Position numbers and translations under genes: made by a program. Below are positions 38,835 to 47,252 of a DNA stretch of 64,000 nt, piece by piece (positions within the stretch are counted from its first letter, which is position 1; the number at the start of each line of letters is the position of its first letter). Origin of the DNA: Candidatus Omnitrophota bacterium (GTDB taxonomy: Bacteria; Omnitrophota; Gorgyraeia; Gygaellales; Profunditerraquicolaceae); contig JBAZJY010000002.1 in the NCBI GenBank assembly GCA_041651115.1, positions 222,855-286,854 on the forward strand. The letters run 5' to 3'. A model generated the notes under the pieces. The model was not told the DNA's origin. It did no database searches and saw only the letters and a list, made by a program, of their open reading frames with translations.

Positions 38835-39212
38835 ATGAGAGTAGGAGTTGTTTTGGAAGATGAAAATGGAGTGCACGGTAACGTCTGCGCGCATTTTGGC
38901 CAGTGTAAGTTTTTCTTCTTGGCGGATATCGATAAAAATAAGAAAAAAATTATAAGCACTCGCATTGTGCCGAATACGACAGTGCATGGCGGGGGCGGGT
39001 GTGTTGCGGTTGATGAGATATTAAAGTATAAAATAACTCATGTTATTGCCGGCGGGATGGGTATGGGCGCTCAAGCTAAATTCGCGCAGGCAGGTGTCCA
39101 GGTATTCGGCTATTCCGGCAATGTGCAAAAAGCGCTCAATGATTTTATGAATAATGCTTTGGGCGGGCTCGACGCTTGCCGGGAGCACGGCGAAGACGGA
39201 AGTTGCCATTAA
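38835..39212 (+). CDS. NifX/NafY/NifB-C-terminal-like dinitrogenase FeMo-cofactor-binding family protein
   Basis: About 125 aa with the Nitro_FeMo-Co fold pattern (VGVVLEDENGVHGNVCAHFGQCKFF...ITHVIAGGMGMGA). Confidence 0.65.
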   Translation: MRVGVVLEDENGVHGNVCAHFGQCKFFFLADIDKNKKKIISTRIVPNTTVHGGGGCVAVDEILKYKITHVIAGGMGMGAQAKFAQAGVQVFGYSGNVQKALNDFMNNALGGLDACREHGEDGSCH

Positions 39213-39226
39213 GAAAGAAGGTGAAA

Positions 39227-39595
39227 ATGCAAATATGCATAACCTCAGAAGGAAAAACTTTGGATTCCAGGGTTGACCAGCGTTTCGGCCGGTGCCAGAA
39301 TTTTATTTTCTTTGACACCGATAGCGGTAATTTTGAAGCGCAGGAAAATGTCAGTTTCCAGCTCCAGGGAGGAGCCGGTATCCAATCAGCACAGTTTGTG
39401 GCTTCTAAAGGCGCAAAGGCGGTTTTGACCGGCAATGTCGGCCCGAATGCCTTTCAGACACTCAATGCCGGAGGGATCGATATTTATACGGGAGTTAGCG
39501 GAAGCATAAGAGAGGCAATAGAAGCGTATAAATCGGGGAAGCTTAAGAAAATCCAATCTCCCAGCGTTGGTTCTAAATTCGGGATGGGCAAATAA
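39227..39595 (+). CDS. NifX/NafY-like FeMo-cofactor-binding family protein (second copy)
   Basis: MQICITSEGKTLDSRVDQRFGRCQNFIFFD...AVLTGNVGPNA. Confidence 0.65.
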   Translation: MQICITSEGKTLDSRVDQRFGRCQNFIFFDTDSGNFEAQENVSFQLQGGAGIQSAQFVASKGAKAVLTGNVGPNAFQTLNAGGIDIYTGVSGSIREAIEAYKSGKLKKIQSPSVGSKFGMGK

Positions 39596-39610
39596 AATTT
39601 TGGAGGCGCC

Positions 39611-39781
39611 ATGGCGGTAAAGGTAGATGCGGAAAAATGCATTGGTTGCGGCGTTTGTATTGATATATGCCCGGTGCAGGCAATAAAGATCGAGAGAGAA
39701 AAAGTAATCATAAAAGATGATTGCGTTGAATGTGGAGCTTGCATTAATGAGTGCCCGCGAGAAGCAATCTCGTTACATTAA
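39611..39781 (+). CDS. 2[4Fe-4S] ferredoxin
   Basis: 56 aa with two motifs (CIGCGVCIDICP and CVECGACINECP). Not in the ORF track because it is shorter than 60 aa. Confidence 0.8.
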   Translation: MAVKVDAEKCIGCGVCIDICPVQAIKIEREKVIIKDDCVECGACINECPREAISLH

Positions 39782-39798
39782 AAAAGGGGGTAACTCTA

Positions 39799-40050
39799 AT
39801 GCCGTTTTTTGAGCCGTTAGAAAAGATGGATCCCAAGCATGTTGACTTGGAAAGGGCAAGAAAATCTTTGCGTGAAGAGCTTGAGGCAGTCGATTTCTAT
39901 CAGGAAAGGATAGACGCTACGGACGATGAGTCGCTTAAAAAGTTGCTTGCGCATAATATGAACGAAGAAAAAGAACATGCGGCAATGCTTATAGAGTGGA
40001 TCAGAAAGAATGATCCGGTGCAGGATAAGATGTTTGAAGAGCACGATTAG
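39799..40050 (+). CDS. Encapsulated-ferritin-like (EncFtn) protein
   Basis: ELEAVDFYQERIDATDDESLKKLLAHNMNEEKEHAAMLIEWIRKND closely matches EncFtn (compare the R. rubrum EncFtn, EELEAVDWYDQRVDAS...AHNRDEEKEHAAM). Confidence 0.7.
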   Translation: MPFFEPLEKMDPKHVDLERARKSLREELEAVDFYQERIDATDDESLKKLLAHNMNEEKEHAAMLIEWIRKNDPVQDKMFEEHD

Positions 40051-40053
40051 GAG

Positions 40054-40269
40054 GTGGTTAGTATGCCAGGAAAAGACGGAACAGGCCCTTTAGGCCGAGG
40101 CCCGGGAATGGGAAGGGGTATGGGCAGGGGCGGTGGGAATCGTCAAGGAGCAGGGCCGGGAGGGAATTGCGTCTGTCCAGGCTGCGGGATTAAAGTTACG
40201 CATCCGGCAGGCACTCCTTGCGCTTCGATGAATTGTCCTAAGTGCGGGATGAGGATGGTAAGGGAATAA
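40054..40269 (+). CDS. DUF5320-like protein with C-terminal Cys4 zinc-ribbon-like motif
   Basis: MPGKDGTGPLGRGPGMGRGMGRG N-terminus like the 38481 gene. C-terminus CVCPGCG...CPKCG. Confidence 0.5.
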   Translation: MVSMPGKDGTGPLGRGPGMGRGMGRGGGNRQGAGPGGNCVCPGCGIKVTHPAGTPCASMNCPKCGMRMVRE

Positions 40270-40279
40270 GGACTATATT

Positions 40280-40885
40280 TTGAGGAAAAAAGTTCTTGAG
40301 AATCATAAAAAGTATTTAGAAAGAGTAAATTTTTACCGAAGCCACGACTACGATTTAGAAAAAGAAAGAGATTTTATCCTTGATAAATCCCTGCCTATTT
40401 CTGGAAAAATCCTGGAGATCGGGACCGGTAAGGGGCATTTTACGCTTGCCCTGGCAAAGCGCGGCTTTAGTTTTATCAGCGTAGATATCTCTCGTCAGGA
40501 ACAAGAGATAGCCAGGCTGAACTTACGATATTTTAGATTAAAAAATCATGTGCTTTTCAGAATAGAAAATGCAGAACACCTGAGCTTTGCGGATCAAGAC
40601 TTCGGAACAATATTTTCTATTAACGTGTTTCACCACCTTAAAGATCCACAGGTAGTTTTAAATGAAATAGTCCGCTTGCTGCATCCTGCCGGAAAAGTAG
40701 TCTTAAGCGATTTTAGCGAAAAAGGGCTTGAGGTTATCAATATGTGCCATACGCTTGAAGGGCGAACGCACGATTATTTCAAAAACCACTTAGACAAAGC
40801 GAAGGATTACTTTATTAACAAAGGATTTAAGGTTAAGGAATCTCAAAGCGCAGTCCAGAGGGTAATCATCGCCGAATATAAATAA
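40280..40885 (+). CDS. Class I SAM-dependent methyltransferase
   Basis: ILEIGTGKGHFTLALAKRGFSFISVDIS motif I. Confidence 0.7.
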   Translation: MRKKVLENHKKYLERVNFYRSHDYDLEKERDFILDKSLPISGKILEIGTGKGHFTLALAKRGFSFISVDISRQEQEIARLNLRYFRLKNHVLFRIENAEHLSFADQDFGTIFSINVFHHLKDPQVVLNEIVRLLHPAGKVVLSDFSEKGLEVINMCHTLEGRTHDYFKNHLDKAKDYFINKGFKVKESQSAVQRVIIAEYK

Positions 40886-40898
40886 AGACGGAAACGAT

Positions 40899-41750
40899 AT
40901 GATTATTTCAGTTGCAAGCGGTAAGGGGGGCACGGGTAAAACTACGGTTGCGGTTAATCTAGCTTTATCTATTGATAATGTGCAATTCCTGGATTGTGAC
41001 GTTGAAGAACCCAATGCCCATATCTTCCTGAAACCGGCAATTAAAGAACAAACGAAGGCTTATATTCCCGTTCCCGGGATCGATGAATCTAAATGTATAT
41101 ATTGCGGAAAATGTGCTGAAATCTGCGTTTATAATGCACTAGCGGTACTTCCGGGACAGGAAGGTAAGAAAGGCACAACTTTGGTGTTTGCGCATCTTTG
41201 CCATGGCTGCGGCGCCTGCAGCGCCTTATGCCCTGAAAAGGCAATAAAAGAAATAAACAGGGAAATTGGCTTAGTGGAATTCGGTAATTGTGGCCGGATA
41301 GAATTTATTCATGGAAAACTCAATATCGGCGAAGCAATGTCCCCGCCTTTAATCCGCCAGGTTAAAGAACATATTGATTTTAAAAAAACCGTTATCATTG
41401 ACGCTCCTCCGGGCACATCCTGTCCTGTAGTCGCTTCAGTTAAGGACAGCGATTTTTGCGTATTAGTTACTGAACCCACGCCTTTTGGTTTAAATGACCT
41501 GATTTTAGCGGTGGAGGTATTGAGAAAATTAAAGATACCTTTCGGGGTGGTAATTAACCGTGCGGATTTAGGAAACAATAAAACCGATGAATACTGCAGG
41601 CAAGAAGATATCGCGGTATTGATGAGAATACCGTTTAAAAAAGAAATTGCGATGGCTTATTCAAAGGGAGAGCCTATGATTAAGGCGTTCCCGGAGTATA
41701 AAAAAGATTTTCAAGGCCTTTTTAATGCAATCAAAATGGAAATTTCATAA
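40899..41750 (+). CDS. MinD/ParA-superfamily P-loop ATPase with inserted 2x[4Fe-4S] ferredoxin domain
   Basis: SGKGGTGKTT P-loop. CIYCGKCAEIC and CHGCGACSALCP cluster motifs. IIDAPPGTSCP. Confidence 0.8.
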   Translation: MIISVASGKGGTGKTTVAVNLALSIDNVQFLDCDVEEPNAHIFLKPAIKEQTKAYIPVPGIDESKCIYCGKCAEICVYNALAVLPGQEGKKGTTLVFAHLCHGCGACSALCPEKAIKEINREIGLVEFGNCGRIEFIHGKLNIGEAMSPPLIRQVKEHIDFKKTVIIDAPPGTSCPVVASVKDSDFCVLVTEPTPFGLNDLILAVEVLRKLKIPFGVVINRADLGNNKTDEYCRQEDIAVLMRIPFKKEIAMAYSKGEPMIKAFPEYKKDFQGLFNAIKMEIS

Positions 41751-41781
41751 AAGAGATAGGTATCGTTAAGCGATAGACAAA

Positions 41782-42633
41782 ATGAAACAAATTGTAATTA
41801 TCAGCGGAAAAGGCGGCACCGGTAAGACCGTGATTACGGGGGCATTTGCCGCTTTAGCTAAGAATAAAGTTATGGCTGACTGCGATGTGGATGCCGCGGA
41901 TTTGCATTTATTATTACAGCCAAAAATTAAAGAACGCCATGATTTTAGAAGCGGATTAAGCGCTTCAATTGACAAAAGAATCTGTCAGCAATGCGGAAAG
42001 TGCATAGCAGCCTGCAGATTTAATGCTATAAGTGACGATTTTGTGGTTGATCATGTTTCCTGCGAAGGGTGCGGTTTTTGCAGTCATATTTGCCCGGTTC
42101 AGGCTATAAAGATGAACGAGAATCTTGCGGGAGAGTGGTTTATTTCCGAAACACGCTTTGGCCCTATGGTACATGCGAAACTCGGGATTGCCGAAGAGAA
42201 TTCCGGTAAACTCGTTTCTTTGGTAAGAAAACAGGCAAAAGAGTTAGCAGAAAAAAATAATTGCGATTGGGTCATTATTGACGGCGCTCCCGGTATAGGG
42301 TGTCCTGTTATCGCGTCTCTTTCCGGTATCGATTGCGCGGTAGTGGTGACTGAACCTACGTTATCCGGCCTGCATGACGCATCGAGGGTCATAGAAGTAG
42401 CCCGGCATTTTAATGTGCCTTCGCGGCTGGTGATTAATAAGTACGATTTAAATCCGGATATGTCAAAAAAAATAGAAGAATATTGCGCAAAAAATAAGAT
42501 TTTATTAATAGGTAAAGTTGGATTTGATAAAACGGTTGTGGAGGCCATGGTAGATGGTAAGACCATAATGGAATATAAGGATACGGCAATTAAGGGTGAA
42601 ATTGCTGAAATATGGGAAAAACTACAGGGTTAA
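41782..42633 (+). CDS. MinD/ParA-superfamily P-loop ATPase with 2x[4Fe-4S] ferredoxin domain (paralog)
   Basis: SGKGGTGKTV. CQQCGKCIAAC and CEGCGFCSHICP. IIDGAPGIGCP. Confidence 0.8.
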   Translation: MKQIVIISGKGGTGKTVITGAFAALAKNKVMADCDVDAADLHLLLQPKIKERHDFRSGLSASIDKRICQQCGKCIAACRFNAISDDFVVDHVSCEGCGFCSHICPVQAIKMNENLAGEWFISETRFGPMVHAKLGIAEENSGKLVSLVRKQAKELAEKNNCDWVIIDGAPGIGCPVIASLSGIDCAVVVTEPTLSGLHDASRVIEVARHFNVPSRLVINKYDLNPDMSKKIEEYCAKNKILLIGKVGFDKTVVEAMVDGKTIMEYKDTAIKGEIAEIWEKLQG

Positions 42634-43010
42634 AAAAAGAAACACTCGGCTATCCTGAAAAGGTTATCAGGCTTTTAAATAACCCGAAATTCTTCGGCAG
42701 GATGAACGATCCCGCGAGTTCGGCGTATTTAAAAGGGCCTTGCGGGGATTCTATGGAGTTTTATTTGGTGATAGAAGGCGGCAAGATTACCGAGATCAAA
42801 TATTATACGGATGGATGCGGCGCCACAAGGGCATGCGCGGCAATGGTTACGTATTTGGCTCATGGTAAAAGCATCAAGGAAGCATTGGCTATCTCAGCGG
42901 GAGAGGTAATTAAACAATTGAAAGGCCTGCCGGAAAACCACCTGCACTGTTCGATACTTTCTGTAAGTACGCTATATCGGGCGATAGCGGATTATTTATT
43001 AAGAAAGTAA
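42612..43010 (+). CDS. IscU/NifU N-terminal-domain-like Fe-S scaffold protein
   Basis: GPCGDSMEFYL...YTDGCGATRACAAM...LHCSILSV, the three conserved Cys and His of the IscU type. Confidence 0.7.
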   Translation: MGKTTGLKKETLGYPEKVIRLLNNPKFFGRMNDPASSAYLKGPCGDSMEFYLVIEGGKITEIKYYTDGCGATRACAAMVTYLAHGKSIKEALAISAGEVIKQLKGLPENHLHCSILSVSTLYRAIADYLLRK

Positions 43011-43025
43011 GAAAAGGATATCTAA

Positions 43026-43856
43026 ATGCAGCAAATGAATGAAGATGATCTTTTGAAGCAGGAAAAACGCCTTAAGGATAATATGGGGAAGGTCAAATAC
43101 ACGCTTATCGTTATGAGCGGCAAGGGCGGGGTGGGTAAGACATCTGTCGCGGTAAACCTTGCGTATGCCTTATCTTTAGCAGGCAAAAGCGTTGGAATTA
43201 TGGATGTTGATATCCACGGCCCGAATATTGCCAAGATGCTTGGTATTGAGAAGCGCTCCTTATGTGGTTTTGAATCTGGAATCCGGCCGGTTGAGGTATC
43301 CGGCAATCTTAAGGCAGTAAGCGTTGCGCTGGCCGGGTATGATGCAGATCAACCGATGATCTGGCGGGGGCCAATGAAAGCGGCGCTGATCAGGCAATTC
43401 CTGGCTGATGTAAATTGGGGGAAACTCGATTATCTTATTATAGATTCTCCTCCGGGAACCGGTGATGAGCCGTTAAGTGTCTGCCAGCTTATTACTAATG
43501 TTACGGGGGCGATTATCGTTACTACTCCTCAAGATGTAGCGGTCCTAGACGCGCGTAAGAGCATTCAGTTTGCTAAAGAATTAAAGATTCCCATAGTTGG
43601 GATAATTGAAAACATGAGCGGTTTTACTTGTACGCATTGCGGGAAAGAGATAGATATTTTTAAGCGAGGAGGCGGGGAAAAAGCTGCGCAAGAATTAAAA
43701 GTCCCCTTTTTAGGAAGGGTACCGTTTCAACCGGAGTTTGTTGAATTCGCGGATAGGGGAACGCCGTTCGTTTCGTTCAAAGAAAAATCAAAATCTGCCG
43801 AAGCTTTTATGGGCATAGTGAGCAAAATAAAGGAATTTATTGGGGATAGAGGATGA
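43026..43856 (+). CDS. apbC: Mrp/NBP35 (ApbC) Fe-S cluster carrier ATPase
   Basis: MSGKGGVGKTSVAVNLA deviant Walker A, IIDSPPGTGDE, and the CTHCG cluster-binding CxxC. Confidence 0.85.
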   Translation: MQQMNEDDLLKQEKRLKDNMGKVKYTLIVMSGKGGVGKTSVAVNLAYALSLAGKSVGIMDVDIHGPNIAKMLGIEKRSLCGFESGIRPVEVSGNLKAVSVALAGYDADQPMIWRGPMKAALIRQFLADVNWGKLDYLIIDSPPGTGDEPLSVCQLITNVTGAIIVTTPQDVAVLDARKSIQFAKELKIPIVGIIENMSGFTCTHCGKEIDIFKRGGGEKAAQELKVPFLGRVPFQPEFVEFADRGTPFVSFKEKSKSAEAFMGIVSKIKEFIGDRG

Positions 43857-43997
43857 AGCCCGCAGAAGAGAACCTGCCCTTGCAGCCAATTTAGGAGAGG
43901 CAATAAAAGCAGCAAGGGCGCTCCGTCCATGATGAAAGGCAGGCGGTGAATATTTCTTCAATAAGCGATGAGGACACATTAAAAAGAAGAGGAAAGG

Positions 43998-44897
43998 TTG
44001 AGTGAGGTGAAGACTTATTTAGATTGTATCCCGTGTTTTTTTCGCCAGGCGCTTGAGGGAGCGCGGATTGTCCGCGCATCCCCAAAGCAGCAAAAGCAGA
44101 TTATAGATGCATTTGCCAGGAAAATACCGAATATCTCGCTTGAAGCCAGTCCGCCTGAGATAGCCAGGATCGGATATGCTCTTTTAAAAAAGGTAAGCCA
44201 TCAGAAAGATCCTTATAAGGGTATAAAACAAAAGAGTAACCGCATTGCCCTAGGGTTGCTGGGGAGGCTGAAGAATAAAGTAGATCGCGCAAAGGATAGG
44301 TTTTTAACAGCATTAGAATTAGCGATTGCCGGAAACATCATTGATTTTGGCGTAAAGAATAATTTAAATATAAAAACAGAATTAAAAAATATCCTCGCAG
44401 AAGAAAACAGGGCCATTCACAAAAAATCCATATTTCATTATTCCGAGTTCAAAAGGACATTAAAAGGCGCAAAAAATATTTTGTATCTGGCTGATAATGC
44501 GGGCGAAGTGGTATTTGACCGGGTTTTAATTGAAGAAATAAAAAAAGTCTATCCCGATAAAAATATTTATTATGCTGTTAAGGCAGAGCCTATTATAAAT
44601 GACGCCTTGCTTGAAGATGCTAAAGTTTGCGGAATTGATAAGCTTGTCCGGGTAATTCCTAACGGCACGGACGCACCGGGAACAATACTTTCTCTATGTT
44701 CAAATGAATTTAAGCGGATTTATAACAGCGTAGATATGATCATCAGTAAGGGGCAAGGGAATTTTGAGTCTTTATCGCAGAAAAAACGGCCTATTTTCTT
44801 TTTATTTATGGTGAAATGTCCGGTTGTAGCTAAGGAGACCGGATGTAAAATGGGGAGCATAGTATTACTTTACAATTTAAAGAAAAAATGCGGATAA
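43998..44897 (+). CDS. DUF89 (ARMT1-like damage-control phosphatase) family protein
   Basis: LADNAGEVVFD and ISKGQGNFESL motifs typical of DUF89. Confidence 0.55.
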   Translation: MSEVKTYLDCIPCFFRQALEGARIVRASPKQQKQIIDAFARKIPNISLEASPPEIARIGYALLKKVSHQKDPYKGIKQKSNRIALGLLGRLKNKVDRAKDRFLTALELAIAGNIIDFGVKNNLNIKTELKNILAEENRAIHKKSIFHYSEFKRTLKGAKNILYLADNAGEVVFDRVLIEEIKKVYPDKNIYYAVKAEPIINDALLEDAKVCGIDKLVRVIPNGTDAPGTILSLCSNEFKRIYNSVDMIISKGQGNFESLSQKKRPIFFLFMVKCPVVAKETGCKMGSIVLLYNLKKKCG

Positions 44898-45601
44898 GGG
44901 TAATTTTTGATAAAAGTTCTTTAGACGAAAAACTCCGTATCGGCTGGGGCGTTTCATTCATGATCGACAATAAAATCTTATTCGATACCGGCGAAAAAGG
45001 TCCATGGCTTATTGAGAATATGGACTATCTGGGGGTGGATATTGCGGGGATTGAAGCAGCGGTAATTTCTCATGATCATTGGGATCATACGGGAGGGCTG
45101 TGGGAGATACTGAAAGAAAGAAAGGGGCTTAAGGTATTTTCCTGCCCAGGCTTTAACAAAGAATTTAAGGATAAGGTAAAAGAAGCGCAAGCCGAATTAA
45201 TCGGAGCCGAAAAGTTTATGGAAATTTCGAAAGATATCTTTATTACAGGAGAAATACCCGGCGCCTATCACGGCAAATATATGCCTGAACAGGCAGTTGT
45301 ATTAAAAACAAAAAACGGCCTTACCATAATTACAGGATGCGCTCATCCCGGGATTTTAAAAATAATAGAGAAGGTTAAGACGAGGTTTCCCGCCGAGCCT
45401 GTTTACCTTGTAATGGGCGGGTTTCATTTTAAGGAGTCGGACAGGCGGGCAATAGAGATAGCAGCCGAAAATTTTAAAAAAATGGGAATAATGAAAGCCG
45501 GGCCCACGCATTGCTCCGGAGAGGTGGCGGAAGATATTTTTAAAAAATGCTATGAGGAAAATTTTGTGCCGATTAAAGTAGGACAAGAGTTAGAGGTTTG
45601 A
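44888..45601 (+). CDS. MBL-fold metallo-hydrolase
   Basis: AAVISHDHWDHTGG (HxHxDH). Confidence 0.7.
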   Translation: MRIRVIFDKSSLDEKLRIGWGVSFMIDNKILFDTGEKGPWLIENMDYLGVDIAGIEAAVISHDHWDHTGGLWEILKERKGLKVFSCPGFNKEFKDKVKEAQAELIGAEKFMEISKDIFITGEIPGAYHGKYMPEQAVVLKTKNGLTIITGCAHPGILKIIEKVKTRFPAEPVYLVMGGFHFKESDRRAIEIAAENFKKMGIMKAGPTHCSGEVAEDIFKKCYEENFVPIKVGQELEV

Positions 45602-45604
45602 TAA

Positions 45605-46237
45605 ATGGCAGGGCAGATTTTAAAGGAATTAAAGGCGCACGCCCCATTTACTGTATTTGGGGCAATCACGGGGATAGCCATCATGGCATTTTCGTTAAAT
45701 TTGCCTTATAAGGTTTCATATAATATCTTTTATGTGCTTCATCCGTTACATGTGTTTTTAAGCGCGTTGGTTACCGCAGCAATGTATAAACTTCATACCT
45801 GCTCCGGCATAGGCGCCAATTGTATCAAGGGAAAGTGTAATTTTTGGGCTTTAACTATAATCGGCTATATTGGTTCTGTGGGTATTGCTACTGTGAGCGA
45901 TTCATTGATTCCCTATATAGCTGAAACCATGCTTGGTATGCCTAATAGAGGAATACACCTTGGTTTCATTGAGAAGTGGTGGTTGGTTAATCCGTTGGCT
46001 ATTCTAGGCATAATTATTGCCTATCGGAGACCAAAGACAAAATTTCCCCATGCCGGACACGTATTGTTAAGCACCTGGGCGTCGTTATTCCATATAATTA
46101 TGGCTAATGTGGGGGTCTTAAGCTGGTTTTCGTACGCCACTATTTGTATATTCTTGTTCTTGGCGGTTTGGATCCCCTGCTGTGTAAGCGATATAGTTTT
46201 CCCGTTATTATTTGTAGACAATAACAGAATAAAATAA
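45605..46237 (+). CDS. Polytopic membrane protein of unknown function with conserved His residues
   Basis: About 6 TM segments. HPLH and PHAGH motifs. A role as a metal transporter is speculative. Confidence 0.35.
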   Translation: MAGQILKELKAHAPFTVFGAITGIAIMAFSLNLPYKVSYNIFYVLHPLHVFLSALVTAAMYKLHTCSGIGANCIKGKCNFWALTIIGYIGSVGIATVSDSLIPYIAETMLGMPNRGIHLGFIEKWWLVNPLAILGIIIAYRRPKTKFPHAGHVLLSTWASLFHIIMANVGVLSWFSYATICIFLFLAVWIPCCVSDIVFPLLFVDNNRIK

Positions 46238-46248
46238 AAACTAGAGAC

Positions 46249-46593
46249 ATGCATGAGACGAGGTTTATTAACGAGATATTTACGGTTTTAAGGCAGAAGC
46301 TGGGTAAAGAAAGGGCCGTGCAACAGGTCATAGTTAATGCCCGTTTAAGCCCTTTTAGCCATGTTTCTGCCGAAAGCCTCCAGGGATCTTTTAAGGAGTT
46401 GATCAAGGGGGAGAGTTTTAAGAATGTGCGGCTTAAAATCCTGCCCCTTGAGGTCTTATTAGAGTGTAAAGATTGCAAGCGCGCAAGCCGTATTACTAAA
46501 AGAGTATTCGCCTGTCCTTTTTGCAACAGCGCGGATCTTAATATTCAAATGGACAGAGAGTTTTTCGTTGAATCAATGGAAATCGTAAGTTAA
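46249..46593 (+). CDS. hypA: Hydrogenase/urease nickel-insertion protein HypA
   Basis: MHE N-terminus plus the zinc-site CKDC...CPFC. 114 aa. Confidence 0.8.
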   Translation: MHETRFINEIFTVLRQKLGKERAVQQVIVNARLSPFSHVSAESLQGSFKELIKGESFKNVRLKILPLEVLLECKDCKRASRITKRVFACPFCNSADLNIQMDREFFVESMEIVS

Positions 46594-46609
46594 GATAAGG
46601 AGGCAAAAG

Positions 46610-46927
46610 ATGGGGATTAATATAAATGACGATAATTTTAAACAAGAGGTGCTGGAAGAAGGTCTGCCCGTATTAGTGGATTTTTGGGCCGTATGGTGCG
46701 GGCCTTGTCTTAGGTTTGCGCCGGTAATCGAAGAGATTGCCAGGGAGTATGAAGGAAAGTTAAAGGTTTGCAAATTAAACGTGGATGAAGCGCCTAAGAC
46801 AGCTTCCGGATATGATATCATGAGCATACCGACATTAGCGATTTTTAAAAATGGGAAGGTAATGGATAAAATGGTAGGCGCGCCTTCTAAGATAGAACTT
46901 GAGGCCGCCATTAAATCTTATATATGA
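46610..46927 (+). CDS. trxA: Thioredoxin
   Basis: WAVWCGPC active site. 105 aa. Confidence 0.85.
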   Translation: MGININDDNFKQEVLEEGLPVLVDFWAVWCGPCLRFAPVIEEIAREYEGKLKVCKLNVDEAPKTASGYDIMSIPTLAIFKNGKVMDKMVGAPSKIELEAAIKSYI

Positions 46928-46934
46928 TTACAGC

Positions 46935-47252
46935 ATGACAAATTTTAAGCAGATTGATGAAGCAAGAAAGATCCTAGGGTTGGGCGAAGAGGCCAGCATA
47001 GAGGAAATTAAAGAAGCCTTTAGGCGCCTGGCCCTTAAGTATCACCCCGACAGATGCAGCGAGAAAGATAAGAAATACTACGAAGAAATATTTAAAAAGG
47101 TAAGCCACGCAAAAGATATTATCGGGAGTTACTGTGCGAATTACCGCTATTCTTTTAAAGAGAAAGAAGTTAAGAAGAATGCCATGCCAAAAGAGGAATA
47201 TGAGCATCTTAAAAGATTTTATGACGGCTGGTTCGGAGATTTAGGGTTATGA
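46935..47252 (+). CDS. J-domain (DnaJ-like) protein
   Basis: IEEIKEAFRRLALKYHPDR. No DnaJ zinc-finger or C-terminal domains. Confidence 0.7.
   Translation: MTNFKQIDEARKILGLGEEASIEEIKEAFRRLALKYHPDRCSEKDKKYYEEIFKKVSHAKDIIGSYCANYRYSFKEKEVKKNAMPKEEYEHLKRFYDGWFGDLGL

Noticed and set aside
39799-40050. EncFtn implies a complete encapsulin nanocompartment locus
   Set aside because: No HK97-fold-sized shell ORF (about 260-300 aa with capsid-like features) is adjacent, and the protein lacks an obvious cargo-loading peptide. I therefore report only the ferritin-like protein, not an encapsulin system.
42099-42566. 155-aa minus-strand ORF inside the second MinD-ferredoxin gene
   Set aside because: Antisense to a gene with P-loop and CxxCxxCxxxCP motifs. 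No features of its own.
46249-46593. Calling a hydrogenase maturation (hyp) operon
   Set aside because: Only hypA is present. No hypB, hypC, hypD, hypE or hypF genes and no hydrogenase or urease structural genes are in the window, so the nickel target cannot be stated.
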